DNA of 64,000 nt from Octopus sinensis (taxonomy: Eukaryota), in NCBI RefSeq assembly GCF_006345805.1, contig NC_043000.1, positions 155,248,001 through 155,312,000 on the forward strand, read 5' to 3'. The position numbers and the translations under genes were made by a program. Below, piece after piece: positions 25,145 to 36,237 of the stretch. How positions within the stretch are numbered: position 1 is the first letter of the stretch; each line of letters starts with the position of its first letter. The notes under the pieces are model-generated. The model was given only the letters and a program-made list of their open reading frames with translations, had not been told where the DNA came from and made no database searches.

Positions 25145-25560
25145 GGGAGGAAATGGGGGACAAAATTGGAAACTGAATACAAGGAGAAAATCAGTAATAT
25201 CTTGGAGACAAAATTAAATGGAAGAAACGACATTGAAGAAATGAACATGTGAATAATACCAATATCGAAATATTCTGCAGCCTCGGTTTAGTGGATGAAA
25301 AATGTATTGGATGAAATGGATAGTTGCACAAGAAAGTTGTTAACGATGCACATTCACGAAGCCGTTTTGTTGACCGAACATAAGCCGGCGAAAAAGTGGG
25401 CGGAGTTACTCAAGGTAACTTACACTGTACACTCGACGATTATAGGGCTAGATAAATTTGACAGACAATTGGAAAGAGAAAATTATCTATAACCAAATAT
25501 CCTCATAAAGGAAGGACAACGTCCCGAAGATTATAAATTTTGTTGCCTCACGATATTTAA
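25145..25560 (+). mobile_element. R4-like RT thumb fragment
   Basis: EYKEKISNILETKLNGRN...LDEMDSCTRKLLTMH. Confidence 0.65.
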
Positions 25561-25587
25561 GTCGAACTAAAAAGAACAGAAAATATT

Positions 25588-25971
25588 TCTTAGCACTCCG
25601 TCGGTTACGACGATGAGGGTTCCGGTTGATCCGAATCAACGGAACAGCCTGCTCGTGAAATTAACGTGTAAGTGGCTGAGCACTCCACAGACACGTGTAA
25701 CCTTAACGTAGTTCTCGGGGATGTTCAGCGTGACACAGAGAGTGACAAGGCCGGCCCCTTGAAATACAGGTACAACAGAAACAGGAAGTAAGAGTGAGAG
25801 AAAGTTGTGGTGAAAGAGTACAGCAGGGATCACCACCATCCCCTGCCGGAGCCTCGTGGAGCTTTTAGGTGTTTTCGCTCAATAAACACTCACAACGCCC
25901 GGTCTGGGAATCGAAACCGCGATCCTATGACCGCGAGTCCGCTGCCCTAACCACTGGGCCATTGCGCCTCC
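25588..25971 (-). mobile_element. SINE family C copy with 12-bp TSD
   Basis: ACAGAAAATATT at 25576-25587 and 25972-25983. Confidence 0.95.
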
Positions 25972-26634
25972 ACAGAAAATATTGAACGTATCACGACATG
26001 GTGTTATAATTGAGAAGGCTCTGGTAAGTGTGGATTAACAACATTTCCGTTGTCATGGGAACATTTGAAACGAATTGAAATTGCTGTTGAGAAACAAGAA
26101 TAACGAAGTTGCAGGAAAATACTCCTTGTCTGAAGAATCTGTCACAAAATCTTTAATTTAAAGAGTTTCAAGATATGACACGGATAGTTTTCTTTCATAG
26201 AGATCAACATAGATCTTTCCTGAAGTAACAATATAAACGCAGTCTATCCGAGGGAACACAACTTCAGAAGTTCTCAGGGAGAGTTGAAGTCAATTAAATC
26301 GAACGAAGTACTTAATTTATGCATTATTTGTAATCTCACGAAGGAAATAAGTCCAAATCCACATGAGCAAACATTGAGCTCAGATCATTAAATGTCATAA
26401 CTATATACAGCAAGTCTTTTGTGGTTAAAAAGTGACAACCATTTAAATAGAATACCAATGGTTATATATTCTGAGAAGTGCGCAGTCTAGTAAATCCAGT
26501 GTTTATTTTAACAATCCCAGGAGGAAAGGCAAAGAAGAGTAGAACAGTCTCCGGATTTGACCTTATATCATAGAGACTGAAAACGGAATACAGTATAACA
26601 GTCAGTGCACAGGTCTACCATTTTATCTATACTG

Positions 26635-26646
26635 CTGCTGCTACTT

Positions 26647-26706
<60 letters not shown>

Positions 26707-26736
26707 ATAGTGGCAGTAGTAGTAGTAGTAGTAGTT

Positions 26737-26767
<31 letters not shown>

Positions 26768-27200
26768 TAGTAGTAAGTACAAGTAGTAGCAGTAGTAGAA
26801 AATAAGTTGAAATGATAGTACTAGCAGTTACATATTATCAAGGTTGCTGCTGTCAATACAGGTCTTATTACTTCACTTCCTGTTGCTGTTGCAGTTTCTG
26901 CTGCAGCATCTGCTGCTGCTGCTGCTGTTACCGGTGCAGCATCTGCTGCTGCTGCTGCTGTTACCGGTGCAGCATCTGCTGCTGCTGCTGCTGCTGCTGT
27001 AGCTGTTCCTCTTGTCTCCATAGATTCTTCAGCTAGCTGATACATTTGCTGCTGACACTGTCGTTGAGTCTAATGTAGATGCTGCTACTACTAACATTTC
27101 GAATGATAGTGATGCTGATGATGGTGATGGTGAAGGTGATGATGATGATGATGATGATTTGATGGTGATGACGAATTTCATCATCATCATTATTATTATT
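26635..27200. repeat. (TAG)n, (GCT)n with 33-bp tandem unit, (GAT)n
   Basis: Seen directly. Confidence 0.9.
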
Positions 27201-27835
27201 AATGTGCAGACGACAATGAAAAAGCCGTAAAATATAACTAAATTTTAATTTAAACGATTTTTTTTCGTCATTTAATAAAGTGCAGGATCAGTTAGAATGT
27301 GTCAAATAATATTTTGAAACTGTAAAAAAAAAATGTGAATAATATTGATTGAGTTCTTTCTTACTAATACATCGTGATGTCGCCACACGTTTGTAGAGAA
27401 GCTATATAACCAATTGAATTTACATTAAGATATGTTTAATATTTTCTTGACTCTCCAAAACTGAAAAGTTCTATAATCTAAGATTATATTTACAAGTGGG
27501 GAAATAAATGCTTAAATGAGAATTCAATATTTTCAATAGACCTGAGGAGTATAGGACATAACACTCCGGCACTCTTCGATTGACCGCGTGGAAAATACAA
27601 TTAATAGTGTTGTTGTTTCCGATTCATGCCTTTTCCCTGCTACAACCAATGTTCAAACAAAACTTTTCCAAATAACTTCCTCACTCTCAGATGAAAGACA
27701 AGAATCCGAAACGTATATTCTGCTCTCCTCGTGGTACTGAATTTATCAGCTTTTTCGAAAAACACTTGTATTGAATAATCCTTGCTGATGCAGTTTTAAT
27801 TTTTCCCTCGGATTCCAGATTTCACCTCAAATACC

Positions 27836-27921
27836 TCAGTGTAAAGTCTGGTAAAAGCATGTAAGAATATGCCTGGCTGAAGAGGCTTCATGGAACCGAA
27901 ACAAATCTGAATTTTGTACAG
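27836..27921 (+). repeat. 86-bp direct repeat copy 1 (partner at 29494-29579)
   Basis: TCAGTGTAAAGTCTGG...TACAG with 4 substitutions between copies. Confidence 0.9.
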
Positions 27922-27923
27922 GC
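27871..27923 (+). ncRNA. Type I hammerhead ribozyme (predicted)
   Basis: GCCT(G)G-CTGAAGA-[GG(C)TTC ATG GAACC]-GAA-[ACAAA tctgaat TTTGT]-A/CAGGC; GTA triplet, cut after 27918. Confidence 0.7.
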
Positions 27924-28009
27924 GATCAATTCAGTGCTCAAATGTTTCTATCACTGCATTCCTAACTTTGCATATATGTTGATTTCTTAAAACTTGACAT
28001 AATACTATA

Positions 28010-28095
28010 TTTATAATAATATAATATGATATAATATAATATGATATGATATGATATAATATAATATAATATAATATAATATAATATAATATAAT
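28010..28095. repeat. (ATAAT)n/(ATATG)n pentanucleotide repeat
   Basis: Seen directly. Confidence 0.9.
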
Positions 28096-28462
28096 ACGGC
28101 ATTAAATTTCATAAAAATGATATGATATATCATGAAATAAGATACTAAGAGAAAATAACTCTAAATAGCTCTAAATATGAATTAGAGTATGTCGCGAATC
28201 AGCATACTTTTTTTGTACAACATATAATGATATTCAATACATTATAATATATCATGATGTATTATGTTATATATCATAAGATATTGTATTATATTATATC
28301 ATATTATATTATATTATATCATATTATATTACATTACATTACATCTCAAAAGTGTTTTGGATAGAGTCAGTTTACTTTACACCAATCATGATGATATAGT
28401 TTACGCCAATCATGAGCAGCAAAATTTTTCGTTTTCTCAGTCTACAGTACCAATGTATATAT

Positions 28463-28525
<63 letters not shown>

Positions 28526-28979
28526 GGTTTATTTAGTTTTGTCTCTGCAGATTATCTAGATCGGCACTAAAATAGCTGTGTAGTTAAGAAGCATTGCAAC
28601 TAGATGTTTTCTGGTTCAGTCATACAGTTATATACATACATGCACACGATGACCAATACCATATATGTATATATACACGACCCACCCAACCGATTTACAA
28701 CTGGTGTTAGTTTCTTTACTTTCTCGTAACCTATCGGTTCATTTGGTTCCCTAGGAGGACTGAAGTTCAATGAATGACTGAAATAATTAAAAGATAAAAG
28801 AAGCGTTATAGCATATGAATTTTCTTATTCTTTCTGAGCCGATACATTACATATATGTAATATACATGTAGCTGATTATATTCCATTCCTTCAAGAAAAA
28901 AATTCCTTGCGGTCTTAAGGGGATCATAATATAGAATTTAACACAATTTGAAAATATATCTGAGATGACCGACATTGTG

Positions 28980-29196
28980 TGAGGGGGTACTGAAAAGTTC
29001 TTGACTTTGGGTAAAAGAAAATACAGGATGAAGATCAGTTAATTATGATTTTATTCAACGTATTTCTTCAGATTCACACACTTATTGCAGTGGTCCTTCA
29101 GTTTTTCTAAGCCTTGTAAAAGAACTCAGAAGGTTGGGCCTCCAACCAGACCTTTCGCAAGACCCTTAGAGCCTCGAAATTTTCAGCACTACCTCA
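28980..29196. mobile_element. Tc1/mariner-type MITE
   Basis: Imperfect TIRs TGAGGGGGTACTGAAAAGTTC / GAAATTTTCAGCACTACCTCA; TA on the right, TG on the left. Confidence 0.6.
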
Positions 29197-29493
29197 TATT
29201 AACCCTATTTCTTATAAATATTCCATGTTCAGATGTCGTAAAAGATTTTGTATAACATGCTCCCAAGTAAATTCTATCAACATTAACGCTAATTACTTTC
29301 TTTTCCATTGCTGATGTAATCTTAAATAATCGAACATATTTTAGAGTTTCACTACCTTAAGAATACAGGGTCCACCCTTCACTAACTATACATTCTCATG
29401 TAGAAGTTATCGATGAGAAATTTCCTTTTGCTATTAACTGCAAAATGCTTAACCCGTAGATATTTTAATTTTACTAAAAATACATACGTTCAG

Positions 29494-29579
29494 TCAGTGT
29501 AAAGTCTGGTAAAAGCATGTAAGAATATGCCTGGCTGAAGAGGCTTCATAGAACTGAAACAAATCTGAATTTTCTACAG
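29494..29579 (+). repeat. 86-bp direct repeat copy 2; degenerate hammerhead
   Basis: Core CTGAAGA/GAAAC intact, but helix III has a C.C mismatch and the helix I 3' strand is lost. Confidence 0.85.
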
Positions 29580-29824
29580 TTCTTACCAATAATAAGAGTA
29601 CCTTTCCACTGCAATTAATTTTAGTCTAGTTGGATTCCTAGATTGTCTCCCTTCACCTTTCATGACAAGGTTTATTAGTAATGCTCATGATTTTTCGTTT
29701 ATTATGGATGTCATTGTAATTGATTAAAACTGTATTGTCGATCACTGCATTAAATAATTTAACATAAAATGGTTATGGATGCGATTTAGAAATGGCTGTT
29801 CGAGTCAATGAAATGAAATTCAAA

Positions 29825-29865
<41 letters not shown>

Positions 29866-31296
29866 TACCGGCAAGTCACAAGTCGAGCTTTTAGTGTGTA
29901 CTGTATACTCCTTCAATCACCAACAAAATCTCACATCAGTCAAATCCAACGACTAAACTGAGAGATGTAAAAGAGAGGCACAGCATTTATAAAGACAGAT
30001 AGATTTAATAGAAATAATATAGAGGGGAGATTTAGAAAGGAAGAGAGAAGAGTGTAGAGAAGTGAGCAGCTTATGAAACTGGCAATTATGTGAGCAGACA
30101 GTAGAATATAGAAATGCCTGGAGAAAGCGTGAGATAGAGGAAGAAATAGCGCGAGTGAGTCGTGCAAATGGAAAAAGAGAAAGATAGAGTGTAAAATATA
30201 GATGTAGAATTAAAGAGGTAATTATATAAAATCAGAGAGATACAACGTGAGAGATTGATAGAAATAGAGATAAAATTCGTGTACTATAATGAAATTTTTA
30301 GGTGGAGAGTTGAATTTGGGAAACGGGGAGTAAGGAGTAGAAGCAGAATTTGATTTAGAAAATGTGTGTGTGACTGTGAGTGTGTGTGTGTGTATGCATA
30401 TGTATTCGCGGGCGTGTGTATGTGTATGAATATATGTGCTTTTATAATGGAGAAAATGTAAGTATATATATATAAGTGTAACCGAAACACTACCAGTCTT
30501 TCTTCTCAATATTTATCACAATTTTTACTAATATAACTACACGGCTTCTTACACACAAAAAAAAAAGAAATGAAATTATGAAACTCGAGCCTTTAAATCA
30601 CACCCTACAATCTTAAATTAGGAAAGGTTATATTGAAAACTTTATATTCAAGTAGTATGTAATATATATTATATAAACTGGGGGCAAAATAACGCACAGA
30701 GAGCCGTGGTTTTCTTTAAATATACTTAATTATCACTATTTTGATTTATTACTTAATCAACAACCTCACTACATCACATGCGGATGCTACACCAGGGGTC
30801 AACCAATGAGTTGGTTGTACGGTTTAAATTGGATTTGGTACATGCATGTCTATAGTACCTTAACAATATTTGATATCTTCAATGTGGCTTACTTCCTCGT
30901 GAGCTCTATGTTATCGTACCTAACCACTTTTGGTGTCCTGTGTGTTGATGTGCCTTGATTCTAGTTAATCCCTCTAACCAAATCACACACACAAACACAA
31001 ATGCACGCATTCGCAACAAAGAATTGACGTCGTTTTGTCAAAGAAAGTAGAATACTGTCAGCTTTTACAGCCTTGTCCGCTTTCTTATTCTTTACAGAGA
31101 GTAATAACAATAAGGCAGAGGAAAATTATTCAGCATCTTTTCGGAGGGAAGGTGACAGATTAATGTTAACAAGTGTCTTGGGTGACAGCCAGAACATCTA
31201 TATACGTGAACCTTTACCATAATTCCTGAAATTTGAATCTGTATAAATACGTTGAGATTAATTTCGTCGGTCATGCATAGAACTCACTGATTGTTG

Positions 31297-31540
31297 GTAA
31301 TTTAGTTGTAGAATTTATTCCTAACTGACAACTCAATTGGAAATTACCCAAACGTCTCATCTGAATGTTCTCTGAAAATAGTTTCTCAACGCATCCTCAT
31401 TGACATCAGGAGTATCCCAAGAACAAAATCAATCAACCTTCTAACAATTATGTATAGAAGGAAAAATTTGGACACTAAAATCCCATGCTTGACCAAAGAA
31501 TGTAACTCATTTGAAGAAACGCACTTAGTGAACGCGTCTC
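31297..31540 (+). mobile_element. Possible decayed Penelope-like GIY-YIG end with hammerhead relic
   Basis: VI*L....IG, SQRI..DIR, IEGKIWTLK weakly match GIY-YIG motifs; followed by TTGAAGA..CAC TTA GTG-AACGCGTC. Confidence 0.3.
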
Positions 31541-31904
31541 TGCCAATAGATTACCATAGCGGATCTGTTACCCAGAAAATTCCGTAAAAAGCCATTCAAG
31601 GCTTAGTTTCACGTGATTTCAAGATGAAAAGTTGTATGGTATTTTTCTAGGCAATATAGATTCTCGGTTTTGGAGTCTCCATGTTTGGTACGTAAAATAT
31701 CGCAAGGCTTATTCATGTTGTTACAATTATTTTCTTATGGGAGGGAAATAACAACAGGATTTGAAAGATAAACGTTAATTCCTTTATCTGCCAAAATGAT
31801 AACATCCTCAATATTTTGCAGCCGTTATCTATCAATTCATTAAGCGTTAGCTTGAAAGCAATTTGCAACGTGTGATTTTGTATGTGTTCAAACACACACT
31901 CACA

Positions 31905-31962
<58 letters not shown>

Positions 31963-32132
31963 TTGTTTGTGTGATTGTGTCTGCATATGAATGTATGTAT
32001 GCATTCATGTATTGTACACAGATACACGCACACACGTGCATACATACACACAAATATGAGCTCATATTCTCAAGCACGTATATACAAACATATACGTACG
32101 CATATATACATACATGTATACATATACATACA

Positions 32133-32180
<48 letters not shown>

Positions 32181-32344
32181 CTTCGTTTTGGGATTTGGTT
32201 TGCAATATTCTGTATGGGAGTTCGTGTGTTGAAGCATATTTTGTTGCGTCTGGGGAAAGTCATTCTCTTTTAGTGCCATATTATTTAACACACTCACCGG
32301 TAAAGTGTCCACTCATTTACACACACACACATATATATATATAT

Positions 32345-32640
32345 GGCTTCAGCATTCATCTAAGGCTAGGACTACGGGCCATAGTCCCCTACCCTATTCA
32401 GGATCACAATACATAAATACACTGCAACACAATTTCTTTTTCCCCTGCTCTATTTAACATTGTTCCGAAAGCGATCAAATAGGAAAAGGATCCCATCACC
32501 TTTAAACGGAATCTGCACAAATTTCTCCAAGGAATACAAGATAAGCCACCTATACCTGGATACACCTAACTCAACAAAAACTCTCTACTCGAATGGATCA
32601 TGATACCACAAAACTTGAATTAAAAAGGATTTAGCTAATC
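32345..32640 (+). mobile_element. CR1-like LINE 3' fragment
   Basis: RLGLRAIVP...FKRNLHKFLQGIQDKPPIPGY...NSLLEW. Confidence 0.7.
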
Positions 32641-32695
32641 CTATCACGTGACGCTATTAAATTAGCCATGGCCTGGACCAATAGAGGAAGAGAGA

Positions 32696-32726
<31 letters not shown>

Positions 32727-33155
32727 AGTGTGTGTGTGTGTGTGTATCTGTGTGTGTGTGTAGCAAGCGGGCGAGGGCACAATGTCGAACAATCCTATTG
32801 ACTTTAGTTCTCTTTTGTGTCCCGAGTTCAAATCTTGCCCATATCAGCATCACTCGCTTCCTTGGTAGTCGTTAAAATCTTATCAGTTGTTAAATATCAT
32901 TTGATCGATTTTACCTGACACGAGCCATTCACAATTCTGTATGTATTCGGGGAGGTCAGCAGAGCAACATCTCGTGTCTGTATAGATCTGGTCGATGAAG
33001 GTTTTTGGCGGATCACGGCCAGTGTATAGCCATGCGAACATGTCCATAGCAGTGTATATCTGATGAGTTGTTGCTTAGTCCTTCAGCAATGCCCTAGAAA
33101 GTGCATTCACCTATTTAACTCCCACCTCTCTCTTTCTCTCTCTCCCTCCACCATC

Positions 33156-33188
<33 letters not shown>

Positions 33189-33690
33189 TCTCTCTTTCTC
33201 TGTTGACGTCAGTGGTTGTAATAAAACTGTGATACGTCTTCGTTAAGATGCTTTTCCCAAGATATAATCAGAATAGTCTGTAACAGGAGGGCGTAAGTAC
33301 CATCAGGCCAAATGTCAAGGTGTTCGGTGAGTGTCCAAGCTGAGGAACCATGCAACAGACTATAGGGGCAGCGATGTTAAGATCATCAAATAGCTATGAC
33401 GTCCAGATGACACAAATGCAATAACGAACAGATTATGCATTCGCGGTCTCACGAACATGAAAAATGTACAGATTTAAGAGGATTTTGCTTAAATGTGTGA
33501 TAATAAATAGAAAACAGAATAAATAATAAAAATAAGTAGATGTAATTTATTATATACCAGTTTTTAGAGGGCATAGTTCAACCATTTAATTTTTTGACGT
33601 AGAAATGATAAATTATTAGTAGGCGTAAACCATACTGTAAAAGTTCGAATCTGGGGCTATATTCTAAGGATTCTAATTTAATATAAGTAA

Positions 33691-34085
33691 CTAGCAGTAT
33701 CGCCCGGTGTTGCTCGGGTTTGTAAGGGAAATAACTATAAAGCATTTTTAGAGAGTTATAGCCAAAAAATAGCAAAAAGATGCATTAAAAATGGAAAAAA
33801 ATTATGGTAAATTTTTTTAAGAATCGTTGACTCATCGTAGACATTTTTAGAGAGTTACTTTCCTTATATAATAGCGAAAAAATGCATTAAAATGGAAAAA
33901 AATGACTGTAAATTATTTTAAAATCGTAGACTCATCGTAGACGCGCGCTAATACCCAGAAGGGCTCGATATGGATCACGACTATAAGATACCCGGTTTTG
34001 GTTAAACTGCACCGCAAAATGTGGGAGTAGTTAGGAATCTAAATCGTAGGAGACAGACACACAACCTTACTTTTATATATAAAGA
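33691..34085 (-). mobile_element. Non-autonomous Helitron
   Basis: Minus strand A|TC...hairpin CCCGAGCAACACCGGG...CTAG|T; internal ~100-bp tandem duplication; no TSD. Confidence 0.85.
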
Positions 34086-34124
34086 TGTATATCGCGTTTT
34101 CTCATGATAATAATAATGATGATA

Positions 34125-34340
34125 ATCCTTTCTACTAAAGGCATAAGGCCAGAATTTTCTTCTTTCTTTTGGTAGGTGTGGGGACGTGTCGATTACATCG
34201 ACCTCCGTGTTTCACTGTTACTTAATTTATCTAACCCAAAAGAATGAGAGGCAAAGTCGACCTAGGTGGAATTTGAACTCAGAACGTAAAGACGGACGAA
34301 ATGCCGCTATGCATTTTGCCCAGTGTGCTAACAGTTCTGC
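34125..34340 (-). mobile_element. SINE family A copy
   Basis: Body match; (TAA)-type run at tail. Confidence 0.75.
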
Positions 34341-34894
34341 TGTGCTTATGGAAGGAAAGATACAAGCCTATAATAATTAGAAATGTAGCTTAATTATATA
34401 GGTGTGCGCGTTTAGTGTATTACTGAACGTGCTTGAAAGCATTCCTTAGGAGGGAATTATAACTGGGATTTGAAAGGAAATAAGTATGTCTAGAGAATTG
34501 TGGTTTTAATCTGGCTATTCCTTTGAATCCGTGTAATCTTTGACTAAGAGAGAGACTGTAACATGATATTTAGATCAATGTTATATTTGGAACGCAAAGG
34601 GAGAGAATGAGGAAAGACGTAGGGAAAATAAGTGAGGATTAAATGGATTAGTCTAGTTATAAATAGAAATATTTATATAGTGTGCAAGTACTGATAGATT
34701 AAAATGGTACATCATCTGGAGTACATTATTAAAATAAATGATATTATATGTAATATAATAGTAGTAATAGACCAAAAACGACTAGTTTTAAATAAACACA
34801 ATATTTGGCGGAGTAGTATATTATATAGCTGAAGATGAGAGAGGGGACATTGAATATGGGGGGAAAACTGACCTCAGAAAAATAGAATATATGA

Positions 34895-34934
<40 letters not shown>

Positions 34935-35072
34935 CAGAGTTGTGTGTGGCAAATATATTCAAGGATATATCACTTGTCTAAGAGGTTTCAATACTTCGAG
35001 TGGGCAGTGTCTGAGTGCATCCGGTGTAGTGCTTAGCGAAGGGTATCCCATATCTCCTGGTTGTAATATATT

Positions 35073-35765
35073 CTTGACCTGATTTCCTAAGAGTGTAACA
35101 ACAAATTAAATGGGTGGCTTGTTAGCAATTTGAACCTAAAGGCAAAACTAATAACGGTTTCGAAAGTGACCGAGGGTACTGACCAGCACCAGCTATTGCT
35201 AGAAATAAGTGTTAAAACAACTTAAAAGCCACAAAGCGTTGTACTTAATGACTGACAAAGGAGGTAAGTCTCCACCGTATATAGTCGGATCGAACGATTT
35301 CGGATTTTGATGCATAGAATCTTAAAGCACGTCAGCGACTCTTAACTCTTTTGTGTCATCTGACTAGTTTTAACTCTTGTTTCTAGCAATATCTGGTGCT
35401 GGTCAGTAACCTCTGTCAGTTTTGTGACCGTTATTAATTTTGCCTTTGGGTTCATATAGCTAATAAGCCACCCATTTAACTTGTTGTTTGCGCTTTTACC
35501 GTTTAGGAAATCAGTTCAAGTTTTCAACGGTTTTCTTATAAGACTGACAGTGGCTGTTGAGTTTAACCCATGGCATTAAGAGTTGCTGACGAGGACTAAG
35601 ATACGATGCATCAAAATCCGAAATCGTTCCATCCGACTATATACGCTAGGGACTTACTTCCCTTTGTCAGTCATTAAGTGCAGTGCTTTGTGACTTTTAA
35701 GTTGTTTTAACTCTTGTTTCTAGTAATAGATGGTGCTAGACAATACTCTCTGTCACTTTTGTGAC
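35073..35765. repeat. Nested inverted repeats: a-b / a' / b'-a'(partial)
   Basis: 35367-35520 is the reverse complement of 35073-35218; 35576-35765 is the reverse complement of about 35160-35345. Confidence 0.85.
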
Positions 35766-35790
35766 TTATGTATATATATATATATATATA

Positions 35791-36188
35791 CTCTTTACTC
35801 TTTTACTTGTTTCAGTCATTTGACTGCGGCCATGCTGGAGCACCACCTTTAGTCGAGCAAATCGACCCCGGGACTTTGTAAGCCCAGTACTTATTCTATC
35901 GGTCTCTTTTGCCGAACCGCTAGGTGACGGGGACGTAAACACACCAGCATCGGTTGTCAAGTAATGCTAGGGGGACAAACACACACACATACACACACAC
36001 ACACACACATATATATATACATATATACGACAGGCTTCTTTCAGTTTCCGTCTACCAAATCCACTCACAAGGCATTGGTCGGCCCGGGGCTATAGCAGAA
36101 GACACTTTCCCAAGATGCCACGCAGTGGGACTGAACCCGGAACCATGTGGTTGGTAAGCAAGCTACTTACCACACAGCCACTCCTGCG

Positions 36189-36190
<2 letters not shown>
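35791..36190 (-). mobile_element. SINE family B copy
   Basis: Full length in (TA)n. Confidence 0.92.

Positions 36191-36237
<47 letters not shown>

Noticed and set aside
27836-29579. CRISPR-like or LTR-retrotransposon reading of the direct repeats
   Set aside because: Only two repeats, no spacer array, no TG..CA ends, PBS, PPT or gag/pol.
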